Translations under genes and position numbers: made by a program
Source: an uncultured Nocardioides sp.
GTDB taxonomy: Bacteria > Actinomycetota > Actinomycetes > Propionibacteriales > Nocardioidaceae
DNA length: 64,000 nucleotides
Direction: 5' to 3'
Assembly (NCBI GenBank): GCA_964487275.1
Contig: CAZAQE010000028.1
Location: 262 to 64,261, forward strand
Shown here: one piece after another, positions 15,197-22,364 of the stretch
Numbering within the stretch: position 1 is the first letter of the stretch
How the letters are laid out: every line of letters starts with the position of its first letter
The notes under the pieces: model-generated
The model's input: the letters and a program-made list of their open reading frames with translations, nothing else
Databases searched by the model: none
Told to the model about the DNA's origin: nothing

Positions 15197-18006
15197 TGGC
15201 TGTTCGTCGCGAGCGGGTCATTCTCGACCTCCAGGACGATTTCAGTTCGGGCATGGTTCGGGCTGCTGGTGCGACGGCGATGCTTCGTCGGGAGCTGCGT
15301 GACCTCGATGGGATGTCGGTCCGGATCACGCAGACGTTCAACGACAACACTCGTGGCGTCGATCAGTTCTCGCGGTCGTTGGATCAGTCGGGGCGGTCGA
15401 TCGACCGTTATTCGGGGCGCCTGGCGGCGTTGGCGCAGGCGGGTCTCGTCTTCGGTCCGGGCGCTATTCCGGTCACCGCGGTCGCTACCGCTGGTGTCGC
15501 GGGCCTTGCGTCTCAGCTTGGTTTCGCGGCGATCGGCATGGGGTCGCTGGTGGTCGCGACTCGTGGCGTGGGTGACGCCCTCAAGGCGCTGAATGAGGCC
15601 GCTCTGGAGCCCACTGCGGACAACATCGAGAAGGCGCGCGTCGCGATGGCCGAGCTCGGGCCCGAGGCGCAGCAGTTCGTTCTCCGCTTCCAGGAGCTCC
15701 GCCCGGTTCTCGGTGACCTCAGGGACGCTGCTGCCGCTGGCTGGTTCCCTGGTCTCACTGAAGCGCTCGACCATTTCGAGCTCGTGGCGCCCCGCGTCGC
15801 GTCCCTCTTTGAGGCACTGGGCCGCGCAGGAGGCCAGCTCGTGGCCGAGGGTGCTGAGGCGCTGGCGGGTGGCGAGTGGGCAGAGTTCTTGTCGTTCGTC
15901 GAGCGCGAGGGCCCTGAGTCGCTCGAGCAGCTCGGTCGTTCAGTGGGCAATGTCGTACACGGGCTGGCCGAGCTCTGGATGGCGTTCGCCCCTCTCAATG
16001 ACGACTTCTCGACGTGGCTACTCAACGCCAGCAGGGACTTCGACGCCTGGGCCGCAGGGCTCGCGCAGACGCAAGGGTTCGAGGACTTCATCGAGTACGT
16101 TCGCCGCGTCGGTCCGCAGGTCGGCCAGACGCTCGGCGCCATCGCGGAATCGGTCGTGTCCATCGTGGAGGCTGCGTCCCCGCTCGGCGGACCTGTCCTC
16201 GAGGCGTTCGAGACCATCGCCGACCTCGTCCGGGCGATCGCGGAGTCCCCGGTGGGGCCGAAGATCTTCACGATGGCCGCCGCCTTCTTGGTCCTGAACA
16301 AGACGCTTGCGGTTACCGCCGGACTGCTGGCGCGGACGGGTTTCGTCGGTGCAGCGGGTGCGCTGCGCAACGCCGGTCCGGCGGCTGGGACTGGTGCTGG
16401 CCCCGGTGCGCCGGGTGTCCTTCCCATCGCTTCGCGAGTGACGGCGACACGTACCGCCTTCGGTCAGCTCCGGACCGACCTGACCGCACTCCGCAGCGCG
16501 ACGATGGCGCAGCGCAACGCCAGTACGTCGCTGATCGCGGCCCAGGCGCGCGTGAACACAACAATGCGGCAGTACGGCTCGACCGTCGCTAAGGCCGGCG
16601 CGGGCGCTGGTGCCTTCGCCGTTGCCACTGGCGCGATAGGCGGCGGCCTTGGGCTGCAGAACACCGCCATGCTCGGTCTGGTTGGCACGATGGCTGGCCC
16701 GTGGGGCGCTGCCGTCGGTGCGGGCATCGGGTTGACGATCGACCTCGCAAACGCGACCGGCCAGTACGCCGACGCGCAGGAGCGAGCGAACGCGGCGGTG
16801 AAGTCGAACAACGTCGAGCAGATCACTGCGGCGATCGCCGAGCAGCGCAAGATCCTCGCCGGCGCGATGGACTCCGACAAGGTCACCGGAGTTGGGGACT
16901 TCTTCTCCGACGTCGGCCGCGGCCTGACCGGTGGCGGTGGCGCAGACGTGAAGGCTCGCGCCAAGAAGCAGATCGCCGAGCTCGAGGATGCTCTCCGTGG
17001 CGTGAGGAAGGAGACCCTTCTGGTCGCCCGGCAGGAGCAGATCACCCTCTGGGCCGAGGCGGTCAGCGAGGAGTTCTTAAGCCTGGGCAGGGCGATCGAC
17101 AAGCCGACGCTGAGCCTCGACCGGCTCATGAAGCGGATGGAGAACCAGGGCCGCGCAGCGAGGGACATGGGGAAGAACCTCCGAGAAGCCCTCGCGAACG
17201 GTGCTGATCCTGAGGCGTTGCAGCGGCTCATCGATGAGCTGGGCCCGCAGGCAGGCCTTGTCCTCGAGCAACTGGCGAAGGGAGGCGAAGATGCCGCCGC
17301 GCGCTTCAACAGGGGGTGGGGCAGGACTCAGAACCTTCTGGCGATCCTCGAGAAGGCGATTGAGGATGTGGGCGCTGCGGTCAACCGGCTGCCGGACGGA
17401 AAGATCATCAAGATCGACGCGGACACCCGCCGCGCCGCCCGAGCGATCGACCGCATTCGCGAGGAGGCCAAGTCCGTAGCGAAGGACTGGCAGGTCCGCT
17501 TCATCGTCACTCAGACCAACCGGATCAACAAGCCGGAGATCAACGGGCCGGGGTCGCCTCAGAACTACGCCACCGGGGGCTACACGGGCTGGGGTGGCAA
17601 GTATCAGCCGGCGGGCATCGTCCACCGCGGCGAGGTTGTGATCCCGCAGGAACTGGTCGCTCGCGACCGCGACCTGCTTCGAAACCGCTACGGCCACCTT
17701 CCCGGCATGGAGCAACTGCACTCGGGAGGTATGGCGGGATACACGCAGGCCGAGGCAGTTGCTCGATCGCGCGCAGCTCTGGCGGCCTCTGCCCAAGCAG
17801 TTCGGATGTCGTCTAGTAGTGCGCCGGCAGTGAACGTCACGACCCAGCTCTCCCGCGACGACCTTGACTACCTGGCCGAACGGCTCGAGCGGGCTCGTCC
17901 GATGTACGGCGACGTGCACATGGCGCCGCACGACTACAGCGAGTTCCGCAGGCAGATGGCCGATGACCGTGCGCGGATGCAGCGCGGGGGGTTCGGGCGT
18001 CGCTGA
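15196..18006 (+). CDS. phage tail tape measure protein
   Basis: 936 aa. Long Ala/Gly-rich helical protein with internal Gly-rich hydrophobic segments. The C-terminal motif YATGGYTGWGGKYQPAGIVHRGEVVIPQ is common in siphovirus tape measures. RBS GAAGGAGG lies 7 nt upstream. Confidence 0.8.
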   Translation: MAVRRERVILDLQDDFSSGMVRAAGATAMLRRELRDLDGMSVRITQTFNDNTRGVDQFSRSLDQSGRSIDRYSGRLAALAQAGLVFGPGAIPVTAVATAGVAGLASQLGFAAIGMGSLVVATRGVGDALKALNEAALEPTADNIEKARVAMAELGPEAQQFVLRFQELRPVLGDLRDAAAAGWFPGLTEALDHFELVAPRVASLFEALGRAGGQLVAEGAEALAGGEWAEFLSFVEREGPESLEQLGRSVGNVVHGLAELWMAFAPLNDDFSTWLLNASRDFDAWAAGLAQTQGFEDFIEYVRRVGPQVGQTLGAIAESVVSIVEAASPLGGPVLEAFETIADLVRAIAESPVGPKIFTMAAAFLVLNKTLAVTAGLLARTGFVGAAGALRNAGPAAGTGAGPGAPGVLPIASRVTATRTAFGQLRTDLTALRSATMAQRNASTSLIAAQARVNTTMRQYGSTVAKAGAGAGAFAVATGAIGGGLGLQNTAMLGLVGTMAGPWGAAVGAGIGLTIDLANATGQYADAQERANAAVKSNNVEQITAAIAEQRKILAGAMDSDKVTGVGDFFSDVGRGLTGGGGADVKARAKKQIAELEDALRGVRKETLLVARQEQITLWAEAVSEEFLSLGRAIDKPTLSLDRLMKRMENQGRAARDMGKNLREALANGADPEALQRLIDELGPQAGLVLEQLAKGGEDAAARFNRGWGRTQNLLAILEKAIEDVGAAVNRLPDGKIIKIDADTRRAARAIDRIREEAKSVAKDWQVRFIVTQTNRINKPEINGPGSPQNYATGGYTGWGGKYQPAGIVHRGEVVIPQELVARDRDLLRNRYGHLPGMEQLHSGGMAGYTQAEAVARSRAALAASAQAVRMSSSSAPAVNVTTQLSRDDLDYLAERLERARPMYGDVHMAPHDYSEFRRQMADDRARMQRGGFGRR

Positions 18007-18142
18007 CTAGTGTCAAGCAGTACGACTACAACGACCTTCTGGGCGAGATGGAGCATGTCCGGCGGTCTTGACAGGTACGGGCGTGCGGCGGCCAAAGCGG
18101 TGCGAGCGTAGTTCTGTCCCGGTAATCTGCGCCCATGGTCGG

Positions 18143-18183
18143 CACCCATCCCTCTCCTCGAGCGTTGCGCTGAGGGATGGGTG
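18143..18183 (+). terminator. 12-bp-stem hairpin downstream of the tape-measure gene
   Basis: CACCCATCCCTC-N17-GAGGGATGGGTG. No U-tract. Confidence 0.35.
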
Positions 18184-18325
18184 CGCACAACGCCGCGAAG
18201 GCGCATAGCGCCGTCTGCCAGGCGGTCCGATCGTGGCGCTGATCGCTCAGCCGCCAGGGGTTCGTGCCACCCGCGACGGCGGGAAGTGGAAGTTCGCGCG
18301 TGGGATCACTGGCTCAAACTTCGTG

Positions 18326-18706
18326 ATGAACGACTTCGCAACCCTCGAAGCCCGGCTGGGCGCGCGGGTTCTCGAAGTGGTTAAGGCGGAGTTGTTTTTC
18401 AAGATGCGGCAAGCCGAGTTCGGGCGGCTCGCTTACGGGCGCGGACCCGAGTTTGACGTAGAGCAGATGGCCGCCGCCCCTGACGTGCTGGAGCTTCGCT
18501 TGTCCGATCGAAGCGGCGACGACGAGAACCTCCTGCACATGCGGTTCTTCTTTTCGGAGCCACTCGATCTTCCCGGTTCACTGGTCGGCCTCGGCCTGCT
18601 CTGGAAGCGACCGGGTGGGATCGATCAGGAGATGCAGACCCAGACGGCCCTGCGTGCCTCGCTTCGGCTGCAGGAGTACACGCAACGAGAGGACTACGGA
18701 TTGTGA
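18326..18706 (+). CDS. RelE/HigB-like (Gp49/DUF891-type) toxin candidate (126 aa)
   Basis: Track ORF 18233..18706; the ATG at 18326 is preferred. Segment VLELRLSDRSGDDENLLHMRFFFSEP...LVGLGLLWKRPGG...Q..A resembles the ELR...YR..YF...KK pattern of Gp49-like toxins. An XRE gene follows. Confidence 0.45.
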   Translation: MNDFATLEARLGARVLEVVKAELFFKMRQAEFGRLAYGRGPEFDVEQMAAAPDVLELRLSDRSGDDENLLHMRFFFSEPLDLPGSLVGLGLLWKRPGGIDQEMQTQTALRASLRLQEYTQREDYGL

Positions 18707-18713
18707 GATTCCC

Positions 18714-18729
18714 GTCAACCGACGTTGAC
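18714..18729 (+). promoter_or_regulatory. palindrome GTCAAC-CGAC-GTTGAC in an A/T-richer spacer upstream of the XRE gene; candidate operator
   Basis: Perfect 6-bp inverted repeat. A second palindrome TCATATGA lies at 18751..18758. AGGAGG is at 18761. Confidence 0.3.
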
Positions 18730-18772
18730 CTGTTGGCTATGATCAATAAGTCATATGACAAGGAGGTGTGAC

Positions 18773-19162
18773 ATGGAGCTAGAGGAGCTTCTCGGGATCG
18801 ATCTGCGAAACCCGCTGCAGATGCGGGCTAAGCGGATGGTGGAGGCCGACGAGAACTTTCTTGACGAGCTTGTCCGCCTGCGAAAGGCGAAGGGCCTGTC
18901 TCAAGAGGTCGTCGCCGACAGGATGGAAATCTCCCAGAGCGCGGTCGCGCGCATCGAGTCTGGAGAGCGCGATCCTCGTCTTTCGACCCTTCGGCGCTAT
19001 GCGATGGCGGTCGGCGCCGTCTACTCCCACACTGTCGACGATGACGAGCCGCGGATCCTGAAGACTCCCATCGGGGGCGAGCATCGCTCGATGGAAGACC
19101 CTTGGCCCGCAGTCGAGCGGCCGAAGATTCACCGAGGCAAGGTGCCGAGCGCAGGTGCCTGA
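18773..19162 (+). CDS. XRE-family HTH transcriptional regulator / antitoxin candidate (129 aa)
   Basis: ATG at 18773 lies 6 nt after AGGAGG. HTH_3 motif LRKAKGLSQEVVADRMEISQSAVARIESGERDPRLSTLRRYAMAVG. Confidence 0.8.
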   Translation: MELEELLGIDLRNPLQMRAKRMVEADENFLDELVRLRKAKGLSQEVVADRMEISQSAVARIESGERDPRLSTLRRYAMAVGAVYSHTVDDDEPRILKTPIGGEHRSMEDPWPAVERPKIHRGKVPSAGA

Positions 19163-19634
19163 TCCGCGCTTTGGAGAAGATTGGCCCGATGCGTTCATCG
19201 GTGGATACGCGATCAGCCGACTACTCCGCCGTTCGGACCACGAGAACGACGAGCCCGGCATGGCCTGGAAGATCTATCCGGCCATCTTCGAGTTCGACGG
19301 GGACGATCCGGCCAACCGGCCGACCTTGGCCATCGTCGGGGACTTCACGCTGTGGGCTGGCTCGGAGTGGGCCGGCGTCCGAGCGCATGCCAACCTCTTC
19401 GTCAGGGATGTCGAGCCACTGACTGACGATGAGTGGCAGGCTGCCAATGAACTCACCGTGCAGCATGTCGATTGGTTGGAGCGCGGCCTGTACGACTTCG
19501 TCGCTCAGGCCATGCGCGCGATGATGGCGAGCGGGTCAGGCCTCACTGTTCCCAGGAGCACGCCAGACTATGAACTCCTTCTCGTGGACATAGACGAGGT
19601 CGTGAACGACAGCGGCTTCCGGGATGCCGACTAG
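19155..19634 (+). CDS. hypothetical protein (159 aa)
   Basis: GTG start overlaps the XRE gene by 8 nt. No recognisable domain. Confidence 0.5.
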   Translation: MPDPRFGEDWPDAFIGGYAISRLLRRSDHENDEPGMAWKIYPAIFEFDGDDPANRPTLAIVGDFTLWAGSEWAGVRAHANLFVRDVEPLTDDEWQAANELTVQHVDWLERGLYDFVAQAMRAMMASGSGLTVPRSTPDYELLLVDIDEVVNDSGFRDAD

Positions 19635-19640
19635 GCTGGC

Positions 19641-19952
19641 ATGACCGGGCGAGGCGGCTACAAGCAGACCGACGGAATCGTCGTCGCCCGCCTCTGCGGC
19701 ACGTCACGTCAACTAGCAACCGGGCACGCCGAGGATGACGAAGCGATCGCCGAACTCCAGGCAATCACGACCCGCGTCGAGCTGTTGAGCCAGGCTGCCG
19801 GCGTCTGCATGGCCCAGCACCGTTACAGCGCCGCGGTCCATCCGTTCGCAAGTCGGTCGGCGGACCTGTTGTTCGCTGCTGGCGCTGACCTCGAGTTGGC
19901 CGAGAAGCAGGCTGCACTGTCGCTCGCCTCATTGAATGGCAACCGCCCCTGA
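19641..19952 (+). CDS. hypothetical protein (103 aa)
   Basis: Starts 6 nt after the previous stop. A hairpin (GCCCCTCGG ... CCGAGGGGC, about 19957..19997) follows. Confidence 0.45.
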   Translation: MTGRGGYKQTDGIVVARLCGTSRQLATGHAEDDEAIAELQAITTRVELLSQAAGVCMAQHRYSAAVHPFASRSADLLFAAGADLELAEKQAALSLASLNGNRP

Positions 19953-20098
19953 GTGCCCCTCGGACGCTTGGTTGTCTCTCCGCCCACCCGAGGGGCTGTC
20001 CTTTCTCGGGGACGCGACGACGCTACGACGAGCAGCGACCCAAGAGGAACAGTTCGGATCCTCTGATTTGCGTCGGAGTCCGGGCCTAGGGTGCCGGC

Positions 20099-20551
20099 AT
20101 GAAGTCCTCACGTGCTCTGGTGGCGGCCCTGGTTGCGATCGGGTTGCTGGCTGTGGGGCTTGCTGCCGCCTTGGGGATCGTCCTCGCAAACGATGATTCG
20201 GACGACTCGCCCAGCAGGGCTAGCGACGTGTCGTCTGAGACGTCGGAGTCTCCGATGTCGCCTCTCCGGCCTGCGTGGCTCGCGTGCCGCGACTTTGACG
20301 AGGACGGCACGGTGGCGCTGACGGACGAAGACCAGTCGATCGTCATCAGCACGGGTCAGTACGGATCGGGTGTCGCGGCGGACTGCATCCTCGACCAACT
20401 TGAGGTCTCGGAGGCCATCCGGTCACAGGTGGACCACACCACGGCGATGATGGGCGTCCAGACTGCGGATCAGGATGGCCTCGCCTACCAGTGGTCGTAT
20501 CACCCCGACAACGGCCTGAATATGACCATCACGGTGGACGGATCCGAGTAG
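20099..20551 (+). CDS. membrane-anchored/secreted hypothetical protein (150 aa)
   Basis: N-terminal signal/anchor MKSSRALVAALVAIGLLAVGLAAALGIVLA, an acidic Ser-rich linker, then a globular domain with 2 Cys. Confidence 0.6.
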   Translation: MKSSRALVAALVAIGLLAVGLAAALGIVLANDDSDDSPSRASDVSSETSESPMSPLRPAWLACRDFDEDGTVALTDEDQSIVISTGQYGSGVAADCILDQLEVSEAIRSQVDHTTAMMGVQTADQDGLAYQWSYHPDNGLNMTITVDGSE

Positions 20552-20566
20552 CCGGACCCCAGGACG

Positions 20567-20791
20567 CTAGTTGTTTGGTCGCCGCCGAGCGCTCGCCGCC
20601 CTAGCAGTTCGCGCAGGCGTGACCGCCTGCTTCGCGATGATCTCCTCGACCATCCCGTCGGTGAACCGCCACACCGACCGCTTCGGCTTCACGCACGGCC
20701 AGCCGCCACCAGGGCGACACTTCATACGGACGTCGTCGACCGTGATTCCCAGAAGGTCGGTCAACTCGACGTCGGTGAGCAGCCTGTTCAT
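20567..20791 (-). CDS. excisionase/AlpA-type HTH protein (74 aa)
   Basis: Track ORF trimmed to the ATG at 20791 (MNRLLTDVELTDLLGITVDDV...VWRFTDGMVEEII). Paralogue of the adjacent gene. Confidence 0.6.
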   Translation of the reverse strand: MNRLLTDVELTDLLGITVDDVRMKCRPGGGWPCVKPKRSVWRFTDGMVEEIIAKQAVTPARTARAASARRRPNN

Positions 20792-20805
20792 CTCTTCAAG
20801 CCCTC

Positions 20806-21036
20806 TCAATCACGGCGACGTTCCCGAGCGCCGGGAAACATCGGCTTCACCTCTGGCGCCGGCGTGACTAGGTGGCGCGCCAGGATCTCCCGGACCTGCT
20901 CTTCGGTAAACCGCACCGTCTTGCCCAGCCGGTAATGAGGCCACCCCTCGCTCTTGCGGAGCTGAACGACGGTCGAGAGCGGCATGTTTAGCCGCTCTGC
21001 GAGGTCGGCGTGCGTGAGCAGGCGATTGCTGTCCAT
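20806..21036 (-). CDS. excisionase/AlpA-type HTH protein (76 aa)
   Basis: ATG at 21036 (the track start at 21042 is TTG). Sequence MDSNRLLTHADLAERLNMPLSTVVQLRKSEGWPHYRLGKTVRFTEEQVREIL. Confidence 0.65.
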   Translation of the reverse strand: MDSNRLLTHADLAERLNMPLSTVVQLRKSEGWPHYRLGKTVRFTEEQVREILARHLVTPAPEVKPMFPGARERRRD

Positions 21037-21056
21037 GGCCAACAGAGAACAGCATC

Positions 21057-21266
21057 GTGCTCATGCAGAACTACCTGACCCCCGAGCAAGCCGCCGAACT
21101 CTTGCCCTTCGGCAATCCGGATTGGATCCGTGCCCAGCTCCGGGCTGGTCGTCTGCGTGGCTCGAAGGTCGGTGGCCGCTGGCTGGTGGAGCCGGCCGCT
21201 CTCGAGGAGATGGTCTCGGCCGGCTCCAATCAGCAGGTCAGACGTCGGCGGCGCCGTACTACTTGA
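21057..21266 (+). CDS. excisionase-type HTH protein (69 aa), divergent from 20806..21036
   Basis: YLTPEQAAELLPFGNPDWIRAQLRAGRLRGSKVGGRWLVEPAALEEMV with an Arg-rich tail. Start is GTG 21057 or ATG 21063. Confidence 0.6.
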   Translation: MLMQNYLTPEQAAELLPFGNPDWIRAQLRAGRLRGSKVGGRWLVEPAALEEMVSAGSNQQVRRRRRRTT

Positions 21267-21360
21267 CTGTCGCGAGGATGCGGGCGATCTCCTCAACCTG
21301 CTGGTCGGTGATCGGCGGCAGACTGGCGACGAACGCAGCCGCCCTCTCTTCGGGAGTCAT
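21259..21360 (-). CDS. possible mini-protein (33 aa)
   Basis: ATG at 21360 within track ORF 21259..21471. Sequence MTPEERAAAFVASLPPITDQQVEEIARILATVK. Confidence 0.3.
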   Translation of the reverse strand: MTPEERAAAFVASLPPITDQQVEEIARILATVK

Positions 21361-21392
21361 GCTCGGATCCTTGTCTCTCGTCCGCGGCTCAG

Positions 21393-21761
21393 TCACGGGA
21401 CGACATTGTCGTTGAGGCGCATGGCCTCGGCTGCTTCGGTCGCCTCCCTGACGTTCGCATCGAGAGCACACGCCATCGCGATCGACAGCTTCTCAATGAA
21501 CAGCGAGGCAGCGGCGCCACTGGGGAACGAGTGCTGCCCGCCCTCCAGGTAGACCCAGGGTTCCCACGGCTGCTCACCCCACGCGATCGCGCTGACTTCC
21601 CAGACGTTTGGGAACGCGGTGAACTCGTCGGGACGAGCCTTGCGAGACTGGTTGCCCCACTTCACCTCATGCAACACGAGGCCGTTCTCACCGGGAGTGT
21701 GCGAGCCCTGGCGATAGGCGGTGTCGCACGGGAAGCGATAACACCGGACGGCGGCGCTCAT
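21393..21761 (-). CDS. hypothetical protein (122 aa)
   Basis: Track ORF. ATG overlaps the stop of the upstream gene (ATGA). Confidence 0.5.
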   Translation of the reverse strand: MSAAVRCYRFPCDTAYRQGSHTPGENGLVLHEVKWGNQSRKARPDEFTAFPNVWEVSAIAWGEQPWEPWVYLEGGQHSFPSGAAASLFIEKLSIAMACALDANVREATEAAEAMRLNDNVVP

Positions 21762-22018
21762 CGGACGACCCTCAGGTTGGCGCGACCGGCCGGCCGGTCG
21801 TCGTCGCGGACATACCCGTAGGCCCCCGCCTCGCGCCCGAGCTCGAATGCCCGTCGGACCTGACGGCTGTAGGTCTTGTTGAAGTGCACCACGAGGGGGC
21901 CGACAACGAATCCCGCTCCGGAGCTGTGGGGCAGGGCCTCACGAACGCACCAGCGCACGCGGGTCAGGATGGGGGTAGCGCTTTCGAGCGCAGCAGTAGT
22001 ACCGTTTAGTTCAGACAT
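21758..22018 (-). CDS. hypothetical protein (86 aa)
   Basis: Track ORF, first sizeable gene of the leftward module. Confidence 0.5.
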   Translation of the reverse strand: MSELNGTTAALESATPILTRVRWCVREALPHSSGAGFVVGPLVVHFNKTYSRQVRRAFELGREAGAYGYVRDDDRPAGRANLRVVR

Positions 22019-22042
22019 TGTGTTCCCTTTCGGAACGCCCGG

Positions 22043-22111
22043 CCCTGGTGGAGTTGCAGCTCCCCAGGGCCTGCTTGTTTCTCTGGGTCGAGAGGGCGGT
22101 TGCAGCCGCCC
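22043..22111 (-). ncRNA. two hairpins sharing the same hexaloop (CUGCAA on the coding minus strand); possible regulatory RNA structures
   Basis: 22043..22069: CCCTGG(T)GGAG-TTGCAG-CTCC-CCAGGG. 22094..22111: GGGCGG-TTGCAG-CCGCCC. Both lie in the 5' untranslated gap upstream of 21758..22018. Confidence 0.3.
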
Positions 22112-22211
22112 CTGAATCGCTGGTTCCTACGCCGTGCCGGTGATCGGCAGGCGGGACCGGGTCCTAAGTGGTCTAGACGGGTTCATCACCTCCTCTCGTC
22201 GTTGAGCCGCA

Positions 22212-22340
22212 TCAGCCGAGGAAGATGCGGTGGCCGACCTGCTCCATCAGGGTCGGTGGCTGCTGGGACGCGAGCAGCAGGCAGGTGGCCGTGATGGCGG
22301 CGAAGATGGTGCACAGCACCAGCGCGGGGATGAGTCGCAC
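22212..22340 (-). CDS. possible hydrophobic mini-protein (42 aa) at the element's right edge
   Basis: GTG at 22340 lies 8 nt after GGAGG. Sequence VRLIPALVLCTIFAAITATCLLLASQQPPTLMEQVGHRIFLG. Below the track threshold. Confidence 0.35.
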   Translation of the reverse strand: MRLIPALVLCTIFAAITATCLLLASQQPPTLMEQVGHRIFLG

Positions 22341-22364
22341 GGTAGGGACCTCCAGAGATAGCAA

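Noticed and set aside
18068-18073. TTGACA hexamer downstream of the tape-measure gene as a promoter -35 element
   Set aside because: No TANNNT-like -10 at the appropriate 16 to 19 nt spacing, so it is likely a chance occurrence.
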